Assembly: GCA_963721805.1 (NCBI GenBank)
Contig: CAVRJY010000002.1
Coordinates: 192,001 to 256,000 of the forward strand
DNA length: 64,000 nt
Origin: Nitrospirota bacterium
GTDB lineage: Bacteria; Nitrospirota; Thermodesulfovibrionia; Thermodesulfovibrionales; JdFR-86
Direction: 5' to 3'
Shown here piece after piece: positions 10,478-20,803 of the stretch. Made by a program: the position numbers and the translations under genes. The notes under the pieces were generated by a model, which was not told the DNA's origin, did not search any database, and was given only the letters and a program-made list of their open reading frames with translations. How positions within the stretch are numbered: the first letter of the stretch is position 1; each line of letters starts with the position of its first letter.

Positions 10478-10652
10478 AAAGCGCTCCAAATCGCTTGATA
10501 CTGCGTTGGGCATTCAAAGACTCGCCCTCTATGTACGTCCCAGTACACCATCGGGCGGTCTTCTCGCCCTGCCTTGTCTGAAGACGATTTGGGCGCGCTT
10601 TCGGGGGGCACGGACGAAGGACGCCCCCCGCGCCCCACGAGGTCAAAGGCAT
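10478..10652. repeat. Palindromic dispersed repeat, family 1 copy A (about 124-bp core plus GC hairpin)
   Basis: Near-identical reverse complement of 18659-18832; ends AAAGCGCTCCAAATCG / CGATTTGGGCGCGCTTT. Confidence 0.9.
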
Positions 10653-11054
10653 GTTCTGATGTCCGCGCTTAGGTATAGTTACGCATTCCGCGCGCATGCG
10701 CGCGCGTTTTTGCAGTTTTTGTTCGGATGCTGGGCGTAAAAACGCGGCTAACTTCCTGAAAAACCTCATTAGTTTGTCAGCCCAATGTTCGGATGTTCGG
10801 ATAAAAACCGCGCTTTTTGGCCCATTATCCGAACAAGCTATCCGGCCTCCCGCTGCCTCTGTCCAGCCCGTTAAACATGACGCTATCATGCTCATGCCAC
10901 CACTATACACCAAAGAATGCCAAACTTTGGTTTATATATAAACCTAAGTTGATAGGAAAAATTAGGGGCCATGCGTTTTCTACTAACTTACGATTAACTA
11001 TAGTTAGTTATTTATGCTAACATGCAAATAGTTTTAATTATTGGAGGGTAATAA

Positions 11055-12191
11055 ATGAGCAAGACTGTTTTTATATTAGGTGCGGGCTTTTCGGCTCCGG
11101 CAGGTATTCCGGTGCAGGACAAAATAATGACTGCTGTTCCACAATCCGTGCGTGATAGGAAATATTTTAATCATGTCACCAAATATTATTCTGATATTTT
11201 CAGGATTGAAAAAATCACAGATTATGGGAAGATTCCGCTTGAAGATATATTTACATTTTTTGATCGCGCTATTGCAAATGGGGAAGATACTAATGCTTTT
11301 TCCTATCGCGACACAATACAGATTCAAAGAGCCTTTAGAAAGACAATCGCTATGGTTATCTACAATAGCATGCGCTTATTTGTTGAAGATGAATCAAAAG
11401 GCGATATTAGAAATGCATACAGCGATTTTTTTAGTGAAGTGGTAGCGAAAAGGATTGAAAACAATGCAAATGACTATGACCCGCTAGCTATATTAAGTAC
11501 AAACTGGGACACATTGCCTGAATATTTCATCCAACTGATAGAAAAGAAGTTAAAAAGGAAAATAATGTTTGACTATTGTTGTTATGATTATGACTATTTC
11601 GAGAGGAAGGAGAAACATACACCATCAATTCATCTGAAGGCTAAAGGTTTTTATAATATTAAAATACATAAATTGCATGGCTCTCTGAACTGGAGCTATT
11701 GCTCTAATTGCGGAAGGTTGTGGCTGAAGCTTCGCAGTAAGTTCCCTCCTGTATTCTTCGAGAAACAGGCAAACAATTGTCATAATTGTGAAAACGTGCG
11801 GTTACGTCGGTTATTAATAATGCCGACGATGCTTAAAGATATAAATAACACCCATCTAAAAATGGTTTGGCATAATGCCCTGATGGATCTTCAAGAAGCA
11901 GAGAGAATATTTTTCATCGGTTATTCCTTTCCTCTTGCTGATTTTGAATTCAGGTATATGCTTGCCAAAGCTATCGCAGGTGGAAAACGAAAAAAAGTTC
12001 GTGCAATATTATATCCGCCAGATAAGGCTCAAGGTCATTTTCTGAGACTGGGTGATTATAAGAAAGCGCTCATGATAAGGGATGATACAGCAGAGCGATA
12101 TTGTAACTTTTTTGGTGGGCATGATTTTCAGTGTAAATATATGGATGTAATAGATGTTATGAAAAAACCTGATATTATCTGGGATTGGTGA
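11055..12191 (+). CDS. SIR2-like (sirtuin-fold) protein with CxxC..CxxC Zn ribbon; candidate defence NADase
   Basis: FILGAGFS, STNWD, KLHGSLNW, CSNC..CHNC and FIGYSFP motifs; GGAGG RBS; much more AT-rich than its flanks. Confidence 0.85.
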   Translation: MSKTVFILGAGFSAPAGIPVQDKIMTAVPQSVRDRKYFNHVTKYYSDIFRIEKITDYGKIPLEDIFTFFDRAIANGEDTNAFSYRDTIQIQRAFRKTIAMVIYNSMRLFVEDESKGDIRNAYSDFFSEVVAKRIENNANDYDPLAILSTNWDTLPEYFIQLIEKKLKRKIMFDYCCYDYDYFERKEKHTPSIHLKAKGFYNIKIHKLHGSLNWSYCSNCGRLWLKLRSKFPPVFFEKQANNCHNCENVRLRRLLIMPTMLKDINNTHLKMVWHNALMDLQEAERIFFIGYSFPLADFEFRYMLAKAIAGGKRKKVRAILYPPDKAQGHFLRLGDYKKALMIRDDTAERYCNFFGGHDFQCKYMDVIDVMKKPDIIWDW

Positions 12192-12216
12192 TAAGAATCG
12201 TGGAGTTTAAGCTCGA

Positions 12217-13236
12217 CTAAAACAAGCTCTGCGGTATCTTGATGCCGAGATGTTCGTACGCCCCGCGCGTTGCCATGCGGCCGCGTGGCGTGCGTTCTAT
12301 CATCCCTACCTGAAGCAGAAACGGCTCGCAGACGTCTTCCAAGGTATCGCGCTCCTCGCTCAGGGATGCGGCCAAGGTCTCAATACCGACCGGCCCGCCG
12401 CCGAACTTCTCGATCATGCATCTTAAGAACTGCCGGTCGAGGTCGTCGAGTCCCAAGTGGTCGATCTCGAGCGACTTAAGCGAGCTTTGTGCCATCTTTA
12501 TGTCGATGGACCCGTCGCCGAGCACCTCGGCGAAGTCGCGTACGCGCCTCAGGAGCCGGTTTGCTATGCGCGGCGTGCCGCGCGACCGGCCTGCTATCTC
12601 AAGCGCCGCGTCCGGCGTAATCTTCGTTCCCAGTATCGCGGCCGATCTGATTACGACCCGCTTCAGTTCCTCCGGAGAGTAGAACTCAAGGCGGCTTACC
12701 ACCCCGAAGCGCGCACGCAACGGAGAGGTCATCAGGCCCGTTCTGGTCGTCGCGCCGATCAATGTAAACCTCGGAAGGTTGAGCTTGAGGCTCCGGGCGT
12801 TCGGCCCTTGGCCTATGATGATATCTAGCTGGTAGTCCTCCATCGCGGGGTAGAGCACCTCCTCGACGACGCGCGAGAGGCGGTGTATCTCGTCGATGAA
12901 CAGGATGTCGAACTCCTGCAAGTTCGTGAGTATCGCGGCAAGGTCGCCCTGCCGCTCGATCACCGGGCCGGAGGTCGACCGGATGTTGACGTTGAGTTCC
13001 GAGGCTATGATGTGCGCGAGCGTGGTCTTCCCCAGGCCCGGAGGGCCATAGAAAAGGACGTGGTCTAGCGCCTCTTTGCGCTTCGCCGCGGCCTGCAGGA
13101 ATACGCGCAAGTTTTCCTTGAGCTTGCCCTGCCCTACGAACTCCTCGAAGCTCCGGGGCCGGAGGCTGAGTTCCAGCGCCGAGTCCTCGCCCTTAAGCTC
13201 GGGGGCTACGGGGCTGTCGTCTTCGCGCCTAGCCAA
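12217..13236 (-). CDS. ruvB: Holliday junction branch migration helicase RuvB
   Basis: [29 protein letters not shown] and [14 protein letters not shown] motifs. Confidence 0.97.
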   Translation of the reverse strand: MARREDDSPVAPELKGEDSALELSLRPRSFEEFVGQGKLKENLRVFLQAAAKRKEALDHVLFYGPPGLGKTTLAHIIASELNVNIRSTSGPVIERQGDLAAILTNLQEFDILFIDEIHRLSRVVEEVLYPAMEDYQLDIIIGQGPNARSLKLNLPRFTLIGATTRTGLMTSPLRARFGVVSRLEFYSPEELKRVVIRSAAILGTKITPDAALEIAGRSRGTPRIANRLLRRVRDFAEVLGDGSIDIKMAQSSLKSLEIDHLGLDDLDRQFLRCMIEKFGGGPVGIETLAASLSEERDTLEDVCEPFLLQVGMIERTPRGRMATRGAYEHLGIKIPQSLF

Positions 13237-13822
13237 GCTGCGACCCGCCGGTGAGGTGCTTGAGGGTTTCCTTAATCAGCGCCTCAACCGTATCCTCGGC
13301 GCGGCCGCGCACGGCCTCGAGGGCCTCGATAGCCTCGGCCTTCTTATACCCGAGGTTAACGAGCGCGGAGAGGGCGTCCTCGTATGCGCTGCCGTATTGG
13401 GTCGGGCTTGCTGACTCATCCGTCGGGAGCTTGCCCTTCATCTCAAGCACGATGCGCTGGGCGGTCTTCTTCCCCAGGCCCGGCACCTTGGCGAGCGCCG
13501 CGGCGTCCCCGGCCTCTACGGTGCGGACGAAGGCCTCGACCGACATAGATGAGATCACGTTCATCGCGACCTTCGGGCCGATGCCGGATATCGCGGTGAG
13601 GGCCAGGAACATGCGCTTCTGTTCCTCGTCTACGAAGCCGAAGAGCTGTAGCGCGTCCTCGCGCACGTGGGTGTGGATGAACAGGAAGACCTCGCGGCCC
13701 TCGGGGGGGAGCGAGGCGAGCGTCCCGGTAGGTACGGTGACCAGATATCCGACGCCGCCGGCCTCGACGAGCACGCCCTGCGGGGACTTGTGCGTAAGCC
13801 TTCCCCGCAGAGAGCCGATCAC
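13229..13822 (-). CDS. ruvA: Holliday junction DNA-binding protein RuvA
   Basis: [32 protein letters not shown] and ALVNLGY motifs. Confidence 0.96.
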   Translation of the reverse strand: MIGSLRGRLTHKSPQGVLVEAGGVGYLVTVPTGTLASLPPEGREVFLFIHTHVREDALQLFGFVDEEQKRMFLALTAISGIGPKVAMNVISSMSVEAFVRTVEAGDAAALAKVPGLGKKTAQRIVLEMKGKLPTDESASPTQYGSAYEDALSALVNLGYKKAEAIEALEAVRGRAEDTVEALIKETLKHLTGGSQLG

Positions 13823-14415
13823 TGAGCGGCCACCGCCTTGTTGAATGAATCCCGCTGCATGTGGCAGAGGCAGAGCGCGAGCGCGTCGGCGCTGTCGGCC
13901 GAGAGCTCGCCCTTATAGTTCAGGAGCTTCTTGACCATCTCGGCGACCTGTTCCTTCTCGGCCCTGCCGTTTCCGGTGACCGCCTTCTTGACCTCGACCG
14001 CGGTGTACTCCGCGATCTTGAGCCCGGCGATCGAGGCGGTGACCAGTATCGCGCCGCGCGCGTGGCCAAGCCCCAGCGCCGCCCTCACGTTATGCGAGAA
14101 GAAGATCTTCTCTATCGCTGCCTCGGTTGGGCGGTACTGCTCGATCACGGACTCGAGTTCCGTGTGCAGCTCGGCCAGCCGTTCGTGCAGAGGCTTCTTG
14201 CCCGCCGTGAGGTCGATCCTGCCCGAGGCCACGTACGTCCCGTTGCCGTCGACGATCCCATACCCGCAGTACCGCGTGCCGGGGTCTATCCCGATGATTC
14301 TGCGGGGGCCGGAGGCCATGCTTCGCGGCCTAGCGGCAGGGGCCGCAGCGGCTGCCTCTGTCTTTTCCTCAGGCTTTTCCTGAGGCTTCTTTGAAAACAT
14401 GTCAAATATGCCCAT
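13819..14415 (-). CDS. ruvC: Crossover junction endodeoxyribonuclease RuvC with N-terminal extension
   Basis: IIGIDPG, AAIE, LGHARGA, VKKAVTGNGRAEKEQV and DSADALA motifs. Confidence 0.95.
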   Translation of the reverse strand: MGIFDMFSKKPQEKPEEKTEAAAAAPAARPRSMASGPRRIIGIDPGTRYCGYGIVDGNGTYVASGRIDLTAGKKPLHERLAELHTELESVIEQYRPTEAAIEKIFFSHNVRAALGLGHARGAILVTASIAGLKIAEYTAVEVKKAVTGNGRAEKEQVAEMVKKLLNYKGELSADSADALALCLCHMQRDSFNKAVAAQ

Positions 14416-14449
14416 AGTGTGAAATTATACCTCAGGGGGGCGGGATTTT

Positions 14450-16078
14450 TCAGTCGGAGCGCTTCGGGCCTAAGATGGAGATGCCCTCGAGGCTGCGCTT
14501 ATCTGCGGGGTCCATCCTGAGGGCCCTCTCGAAATACCCGCGCGCGCGCGCCGGATACCCCAGTTCGAGGAAGACATGCCCGCTCTCGGCCAGGTACTGC
14601 GGGTTCTGGGGGTCGAGGCTCAGCGCTTTGCGGTACTCGGCCTCGGCCTCCTTGAGCCTGCCTGCCTTGTGGTGGAGCTGCCCCAGCGCGAAGTGGAACT
14701 GGTGGACCCCGGGGCTGAAATCTATCGCCTCGTTAAACGCGCGCGCCGCCTCATCGAGGCGTCCGCGGCGGAACGCCTCCCTGCCTTCATCGAATTTCCT
14801 GTTGGCCTTAGAGGCCGGGTCGTGCATGGCCGCGACGCCGGCGAGGCCCTCGCGGTCATATACGCCCCGCAGCGCGTCGTCGTTAAGCGTGTTGTAGGCC
14901 GACGTGATGAATGCGAATATCTCGTTGAGCTTCTCCCTGACGTGCTCGTCCAGCGAGACGTGGCGGTCCGGGTGGAACTCCACGACCTTCGCGTAGAATG
15001 CCCTCTTTATATCGGCCTTCGAGGCGCCCTTGTTGAGGCCCAGCACGCCGTAATAGCCGAGCTCGCGGAGGTTGGAGTGCAGCGCGAGCGCCCGGTCCGC
15101 GAACTCGTCCTCTCCGCCGCCCTCCCGCGGATAATCTATCAGCCCGATGAGCGAGGCCGCATGCAGGACCTTGATCACGCGCTGCTCATCGGCCGGGTGC
15201 GCGGCGAGTATCTCTGCCGCGCTCGAGCGGCCGTTGCAGGCGGTCAGCACCTCGCGAGCCTCCTCCGGGATGCAATTGCAATCCGCCCCCGTAAGCGCGG
15301 GCACGCCGGATGCCTCAGGCCGCATGGATTCTATCTGGCCGGGATCCGTGATGCTCATGACTCCTACGAAGATCAGCTCCGGGGTCGGGATGCCGATCGG
15401 GTTTAACCGGGCCGGGCGCTGAGAGTCCTCGACGAGCACGAACTGCCCCTCCCGGAGCTGGAAGAAGCCGCATATGACCGCCCGTGCGCTCTCGCCGACG
15501 GCCTCGATCACGTCCTCCCGCCTGATGCCTCCCGCCGAGGAAAATATTTCTATAGGCGGCTGCCCGGTGAGCTTCTCGACAGCGGCGGCCTGCCCCATCT
15601 GGGCGGCTGTGATGAGCCCCCGGTTGGCGAGCATCGCCGCCGGCGACTCCCAGGCGCCGTTGGACGTGGCCGCTGTGACCTTCCCCTCGCTCAGGTAGAT
15701 CTTCCTCTGGAGCTTGCCGCTCGTGACATAGAGTATGCCGCTTCGGCCGCTGCGGTGCAGGCCCGCCAGGATGTCGGGGGCCGCGAAGTCGCGCAGCTGG
15801 CCGCTCAGCTGCCCGGTCCTGTCGAGGCCGAGCCGCAGCGCGCCTCCGCGCGCCTTGCGCTTCCATACCACGCGGCCGCTGCAGCGGATGCCCAGCTCCG
15901 CTGACGTGACGCTGACCCTCTCGCCGACCTCCACGCCCGGCGCGCCGCCGTCCAGCTCTGCGCAAAAACCGCCCAGGGAATAATCCACTATCTCGGCCGC
16001 ATGGCGTTCGCCCGCGATCTCGAGTTCTGTAAGGACCTTTCTATTTCTGCGCGTGAAATTTCTCCGGTCGCCGCTCAT
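14450..16078 (-). CDS. PilZ + DUF4388-like + DnaJ (J-domain) + TPR protein
   Basis: RRNFTR and DYSLGG; SGILYV..IYLSEG; YYGVLGL..FHPDR; C-terminal TPR repeats; ATG 6 nt after a TATAAT. Confidence 0.8.
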   Translation of the reverse strand: MSGDRRNFTRRNRKVLTELEIAGERHAAEIVDYSLGGFCAELDGGAPGVEVGERVSVTSAELGIRCSGRVVWKRKARGGALRLGLDRTGQLSGQLRDFAAPDILAGLHRSGRSGILYVTSGKLQRKIYLSEGKVTAATSNGAWESPAAMLANRGLITAAQMGQAAAVEKLTGQPPIEIFSSAGGIRREDVIEAVGESARAVICGFFQLREGQFVLVEDSQRPARLNPIGIPTPELIFVGVMSITDPGQIESMRPEASGVPALTGADCNCIPEEAREVLTACNGRSSAAEILAAHPADEQRVIKVLHAASLIGLIDYPREGGGEDEFADRALALHSNLRELGYYGVLGLNKGASKADIKRAFYAKVVEFHPDRHVSLDEHVREKLNEIFAFITSAYNTLNDDALRGVYDREGLAGVAAMHDPASKANRKFDEGREAFRRGRLDEAARAFNEAIDFSPGVHQFHFALGQLHHKAGRLKEAEAEYRKALSLDPQNPQYLAESGHVFLELGYPARARGYFERALRMDPADKRSLEGISILGPKRSD

Positions 16079-16159
16079 CGCGATATTATACCCCACCGCC
16101 GCGTGAGGATGAAGCCCATAAAACGGCCCGGCAGTAGGCGAGCCCGGCAAAAATTGGCC

Positions 16160-16189
16160 TTGACAAAACCAAGGACGGTCGTTTAGTGT
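16160..16189 (+). promoter_or_regulatory. Sigma70-type promoter of hup
   Basis: TTGACA (16160) - 18 nt - TAGTGT. Confidence 0.6.
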
Positions 16190-16248
16190 ATTTCTAACTT
16201 AATTCTGCTTGCATCCAACCAAAGCTATACGGAAAGGAGGGGGATAAC

Positions 16249-16521
16249 ATGACAAAGGCTGATTTGATCGAGAAGGTCGCAACGGGCACGGGTCTCAGCA
16301 AGGCCGACGCCGGAAGGGCGCTGGATTCCGCCATCGATGCGGTCAAGGCATCTTTAAAGAAAGGCCAGAAGGTCACGCTGGTAGGTTTCGGCACTTTCTC
16401 GGTATCCAAGAGAAAGGCGCGCAAGGGCCGCAACCCGAGAACCGGCGAAGAGATAAAGATTGCCGCCACGAAGACACCCAAGTTCACCGCGGGTAAGGTT
16501 CTCAAAGACGCGATAAAGTAA
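16249..16521 (+). CDS. hup: DNA-binding protein HU
   Basis: [16 protein letters not shown] and [10 protein letters not shown] motifs; AGGAGG RBS. Confidence 0.97.
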   Translation: MTKADLIEKVATGTGLSKADAGRALDSAIDAVKASLKKGQKVTLVGFGTFSVSKRKARKGRNPRTGEEIKIAATKTPKFTAGKVLKDAIK

Positions 16522-16544
16522 CTGGGTCTTGGCGAAGGAAATTT

Positions 16545-16582
16545 AACGGGGCGGGGAGGGTTCATCTCCCGGCCCCGTTTTC
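16545..16582 (+). terminator. Probable intrinsic terminator after hup
   Basis: AACGGGGCGGGGAG..CTCCCGGCCCCGTT stem followed by Ts. Confidence 0.65.
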
Positions 16583-16786
16583 ATTCTATCACTCGAAGCC
16601 TGCCGGATAATCTCTGAAGCAAGTTTTGATTTTCCCTGCCCGCCGGCGTTCAAGGAGGCTGTTGCATGCCGTACTGGTGACGATAGTCGCCATGAGGGTT
16701 TACGCACTTTTCTTGGTGACTTCTTTTGTGCGAGCAAAAGAAGTTACTGCTGGGCGCGGGGGCGCAGAGCATCCCGCATCAATCCC

Positions 16787-17995
16787 CTAAAAAACGCTGA
16801 CCTTTCCGTATTCGCCGTCGAAGCCCGCTTCAAGGCTCACCTCGCCGCCCCTCATGCGCCCGATGCCCCCTGCGATCTCGGGGCAGCACGCTGACGCTAT
16901 CTCATCCAGGGGTGCATCAAGAAGGATATGAAACTCGCTGCCCAGCGCCCCAAGCATGTCCATGTATGCGTTCCTGACCCCCTTGGTGTTCACGCCGCGC
17001 CCCATATGCTCGGCGATGATCTCCTCAAGCGGCACTATGTACCTAAATCCGTCGGGCTTCGGCTCCTCGCGGTCGGCCAGCAGTTCCACGCGGTGCAGCA
17101 CGCCCATAGTCAGCCGCCTGCCGCATACGGTGCAGATGCCCTTGAGCGGGATCGTCTCTCTGGGCGTGAGGCTCACGCCGCACTTGCGGTGGCCGTCGTT
17201 GTGGTACTTCCCCTCCTCGGGGAAGAACTCTATCGTGCCGCGGTATCCCTCGCGCGTGCGCAGGGCGCGGATGAACTCGGGGTACGAGCGTCCGCAATCG
17301 AACAGCGTCGCCTCGCGACCGAGCTTCGCCGGGGAGTGCGCATCGGAGTTCGAGACGAGCGTGATCCTGTCGAGCCCGGAGAGCCTGCGGTTCATCGAGG
17401 GGTCCGAGGAAAGCCCGGTCTCTATCGCGTGGATATGGGGCGCGAGGTCCCCGTAGCACTCCTCGAGCGAGTCAAACCCGGAGACCGCCCCGAATACCGA
17501 GAAGTGCGGGGTCCAGGCATGGGCCGGTATGACCTCGATCTCCGGTGATACATCGAGGCATATCTCAAGGAGCCGCCTGGCGTCGAGACCGAGGATCGGA
17601 CGGCCGTCGGAATGTATGTTGCCGATGGCCGCGAGCCTCTTGTTAAGCTTGTGGGCCTCCCTGAAGCCGGGCGCCAGAAGCAGCGAGTGGACCTTGCGGG
17701 TGCGGCCGCCCTTTGAGTATATCGAGCTTATCTCGGCCGTGAGGATGAAGCGCACCTCCGCGCGGCAGCGCTCCGGGACGTCCGCCGTCTCCAGCGGCGG
17801 CTTGAGCTTATATAGCCCCTCCCCGGCCGGCGTGAGCTTTTCCTTGAGCTCCGCGATCCATCCGGGGTGGGTGAAGTCGCCGGTGCCGATGACCTCAATG
17901 CCCTTAAGCTGCGCCCAACGCCATATCGCCTCGGGCCGCATCTCCGGGCTCGTCGCGCGCGAGTATCTGGAATGCACGTGCAGGTCCGCTATCAT
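16787..17995 (-). CDS. Endonuclease Q family protein (PHP domain with Zn finger)
   Basis: [52 protein letters not shown] and GFDGEYG motifs. Confidence 0.88.
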   Translation of the reverse strand: MIADLHVHSRYSRATSPEMRPEAIWRWAQLKGIEVIGTGDFTHPGWIAELKEKLTPAGEGLYKLKPPLETADVPERCRAEVRFILTAEISSIYSKGGRTRKVHSLLLAPGFREAHKLNKRLAAIGNIHSDGRPILGLDARRLLEICLDVSPEIEVIPAHAWTPHFSVFGAVSGFDSLEECYGDLAPHIHAIETGLSSDPSMNRRLSGLDRITLVSNSDAHSPAKLGREATLFDCGRSYPEFIRALRTREGYRGTIEFFPEEGKYHNDGHRKCGVSLTPRETIPLKGICTVCGRRLTMGVLHRVELLADREEPKPDGFRYIVPLEEIIAEHMGRGVNTKGVRNAYMDMLGALGSEFHILLDAPLDEIASACCPEIAGGIGRMRGGEVSLEAGFDGEYGKVSVF

Positions 17996-18074
17996 CAGCC
18001 ATTATAGCCGATACGGGCCGCCGCGCTCCTCTATGGTAAAATATTACGTTCGCTATTTAAGGGGGCATGTCAAT

Positions 18075-18659
18075 ATGGAAGATCTCAAGGAAAAGGGCAG
18101 GGCGCTGATGGAGGGCTCGGTGAACAGCCTCCTGGGCGTGCTCGAGCGCGAACGGTACGCCGAGATGCTCGGCGAGGCCGCCTCGGCGATAGCCGGGTGT
18201 TTCAAGGCTGGCGGCAAGCTCCTGATATTCGGCAACGGCGGCTCGGCGGCCGACGCCCAGCACATCGCGGCCGAGTTCGTAGGGCGGTTCAAGCTCGAGC
18301 GCCCCGGCCTGCCTGCCATCGCGCTTACGGCCAACACCTCGGTGCTCACCGCATGGAGCAACGACTACGAGTTCGAGACCGTGTTTTCGCGCCAGGTACA
18401 GGCGCTCGGCATCAAGGGCGACGTGGCGTGGGGGATCTCGACGAGCGGCAACTCCCCGAACGTCGTCGCGGCGCTTAGGAAGGCGCGCGAGCTTGGGCTG
18501 GTAACGGTCGGCCTGAGCGGAAACGGCGGGGGCAGGATGGCATCTCTCTGCGACATAAACCTCACCGTGGCCACCAAGGACACGCCGCGCATACAGGAGG
18601 CCCACCTCGTGGGCTACCACATCATCTGCAAGCTTGTAGAGGACGCTTTATACGGTTAA
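18075..18659 (+). CDS. gmhA: D-sedoheptulose 7-phosphate isomerase
   Basis: [21 protein letters not shown] and RIQEAH motifs. Confidence 0.95.
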   Translation: MEDLKEKGRALMEGSVNSLLGVLERERYAEMLGEAASAIAGCFKAGGKLLIFGNGGSAADAQHIAAEFVGRFKLERPGLPAIALTANTSVLTAWSNDYEFETVFSRQVQALGIKGDVAWGISTSGNSPNVVAALRKARELGLVTVGLSGNGGGRMASLCDINLTVATKDTPRIQEAHLVGYHIICKLVEDALYG

Positions 18660-18832
18660 TGCCATTGACCGCGTGGGGCGCGGGGGGCGTCCGCTTTTCG
18701 TGCCCCCCGAAAGCGCGCCCAAATCGTCTTCAGACAAGGCAGGGCGAGAAGACCGCCCGATGGTGTACTGAGACGTACATAGAGGGCGAGTCTTTGAAGC
18801 CCAACGCAGTATCAAGCGATTTGGAGCGCTTT
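18659..18832. repeat. Palindromic dispersed repeat, family 1 copy B
   Basis: Reverse complement of copy A; core 18710-18832; lies between convergent gmhA and the epimerase gene. Confidence 0.9.
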
Positions 18833-18843
18833 CCACCCATCCC

Positions 18844-19815
18844 CTAATCCAGAACCGTCGATGTCCATTCGCGGTTTGCTATATACCACCTGACGGTCTC
18901 TTCCAACCCGGTGTCGAGGTCGGTCTTTGGCTCCCATCCGAGGATAGCGCGCGCCTTTGTGATGTCGGCCATCGTCTCGGTCATGTCGGCCTTGTGGAAG
19001 GGTCTGTTCTCGATCGTGGCCTTCTTGCCTAAGAGCCGCTCGACGGTGCTTATCAGATAAGATAATGGCTGCGGGTCCTTGCCGCCTCCGAGGTTGATGA
19101 CCTCATACCCAAGCGGCTTGAGCGCCAGCAGCGTGCCCGAGGCGATGTCGTCTATGTAGGTGAAGTCCCTCGTCTGCGAGCCGTCGCCGAGGACCGTAAG
19201 CGGCACCCCGTTGTCGATCCACTTTATGAAACGAAATATGCTCATGTCAGGCCTGCCGGCCGGGCCGTATACCGTGAAGTACCTCAGCACCGATATGTCG
19301 AGCCCGTGAAGATAGTGGTAAGTGTAGGCCATCGCCTCGGCCGCCTTCTTCGTGGCAGCGTAGGGCGAGATCGGGGTGTTTACGGGCAGGTCTTCCTTAA
19401 ACGGCACCGGCTGCCCGGCATAGAGCGAAGAGGTCGAGGCCAGGACCATTTTCTTTACGCCGTGGCGCTTCATCATCTCAAGCAGGTTTAGCGTGCCCGT
19501 CGCGTTCGTGTTCATATAGACGAACGGGTTTTCGATGCTGTAGCGCACCCCGGCGCGCGCCGCGAGGTTGATGACTGCATCGAATTTATGCTCCCTGAAG
19601 ATGCGCTCCATCGTGTCGAGGTGTTCGATGTCCCCGCGCTCAAACGTGAAGGCCGGATTGCCCCTGAGCGCCCCGGCGCGGTGGTCCTTGACCCGCACGT
19701 CGTAATAGTCGTTCATGTTGTCTATGCCCACGACGCGGTCTCCGGATTGCAGCAGCATCTCTGACGTGCGCGCGCCGATGAACCCCGCGGCCCCTGTAAC
19801 CAGTATCGTCCTCAT
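18844..19815 (-). CDS. NAD-dependent epimerase/dehydratase (UDP-glucuronate 4-epimerase-like)
   Basis: TGAAGFIG, LAARAGVRYS, YAATK and FTVYGPAGRPDM motifs. Confidence 0.92.
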   Translation of the reverse strand: MRTILVTGAAGFIGARTSEMLLQSGDRVVGIDNMNDYYDVRVKDHRAGALRGNPAFTFERGDIEHLDTMERIFREHKFDAVINLAARAGVRYSIENPFVYMNTNATGTLNLLEMMKRHGVKKMVLASTSSLYAGQPVPFKEDLPVNTPISPYAATKKAAEAMAYTYHYLHGLDISVLRYFTVYGPAGRPDMSIFRFIKWIDNGVPLTVLGDGSQTRDFTYIDDIASGTLLALKPLGYEVINLGGGKDPQPLSYLISTVERLLGKKATIENRPFHKADMTETMADITKARAILGWEPKTDLDTGLEETVRWYIANREWTSTVLD

Positions 19816-19914
19816 AAGTCCTCCTGTATGATCCGTATATTATAGCACCGCCGGCGCTCGATGGGCCTCCGGGTTGATTTTTCGGGCCCCGATCTGTTGA
19901 AATTCCGGGATATC

Positions 19915-20784
19915 ATGAAATTCAGGTACGAGACAAAAGACCGGATAATCTTCTATGCCGGTTACTTCTTCTACAAGGTCTTCCTCAACTGGTTCGAGGT
20001 CCGGCGGCCGAAGCTCAAGATGTTCCTCTATGAGCTTATGTATTCCGCGAGGAAGGTCTTTGACTACGAAGCCCTCCTGCCCTCACCGTTTGGCGACGAC
20101 ACCGTAGTGACCCGCTTCGGGACGTTTAAGATAAGGCCCCGCACCGTGGACATGTCAAACGTCTCCCCAGCGTTCGAGCGGAGGGACGTAAACTACATGC
20201 TCCGGCTGCTCGGCGCGCTCAGGGCCGAAAACCGCCGCGTGATGTTCCTCGATATCGGGGCCGACATAGGGACGTTCGCTGTAACGGTCGGCAATAGCCT
20301 TAAGGGCTACCGGGGGCTGCGCGTCCATGCGTTTGAGCCCTCGCCAACGAGCTTCAAGATACTGACCGAGAACATCCGCATCAACGGGCTCGAGGCCACC
20401 TCTGCACTCCATAATTTCGCGCTATTTAGCAAGGACGGCGTCGAGATGGAGTTTCAGTTCAACCCCGTGGCGCCGGGCTCAAGCGGCCTTATGCTTCAGG
20501 GCGCGGACGCGGACAAGACCAAAGTCCTCGCGCGGACGCTCGATGCGGTCTTGGGCGCCGAGGCCGCCGGATTCGACGCGATAGTGTTTAAGATCGACGT
20601 CGAGGGCGTCGAGGCCGACGTCCTGGACGGGGCTCGCGGCATACTCGCATCCGGGCGGGACATATATCTGATGGTCGAGGACTTCATCGAGCCCTCGATA
20701 GTGCGGTACCTGGAGGCGCGGGGCGCGCGGTTCCTCTGCAAGCTGACGCCGTACAACAGCTGGTGGCACATCCGCGGGGCGTAA
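19915..20784 (+). CDS. FkbM family methyltransferase
   Basis: FLDIGADIG, AFEP and KIDVEG motifs; start could also be 19861. Confidence 0.85.
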   Translation: MKFRYETKDRIIFYAGYFFYKVFLNWFEVRRPKLKMFLYELMYSARKVFDYEALLPSPFGDDTVVTRFGTFKIRPRTVDMSNVSPAFERRDVNYMLRLLGALRAENRRVMFLDIGADIGTFAVTVGNSLKGYRGLRVHAFEPSPTSFKILTENIRINGLEATSALHNFALFSKDGVEMEFQFNPVAPGSSGLMLQGADADKTKVLARTLDAVLGAEAAGFDAIVFKIDVEGVEADVLDGARGILASGRDIYLMVEDFIEPSIVRYLEARGARFLCKLTPYNSWWHIRGA

Positions 20785-20803
20785 GGGCCGGAGCCCGCGC
20801 GGC

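Noticed and set aside
10476..10913. 145-aa minus-strand ORF, and the similar 62-aa ORF at 18659-18847
   Set aside because: Their shared sequence comes from reading through repeat family 1; there is no RBS or protein motif.
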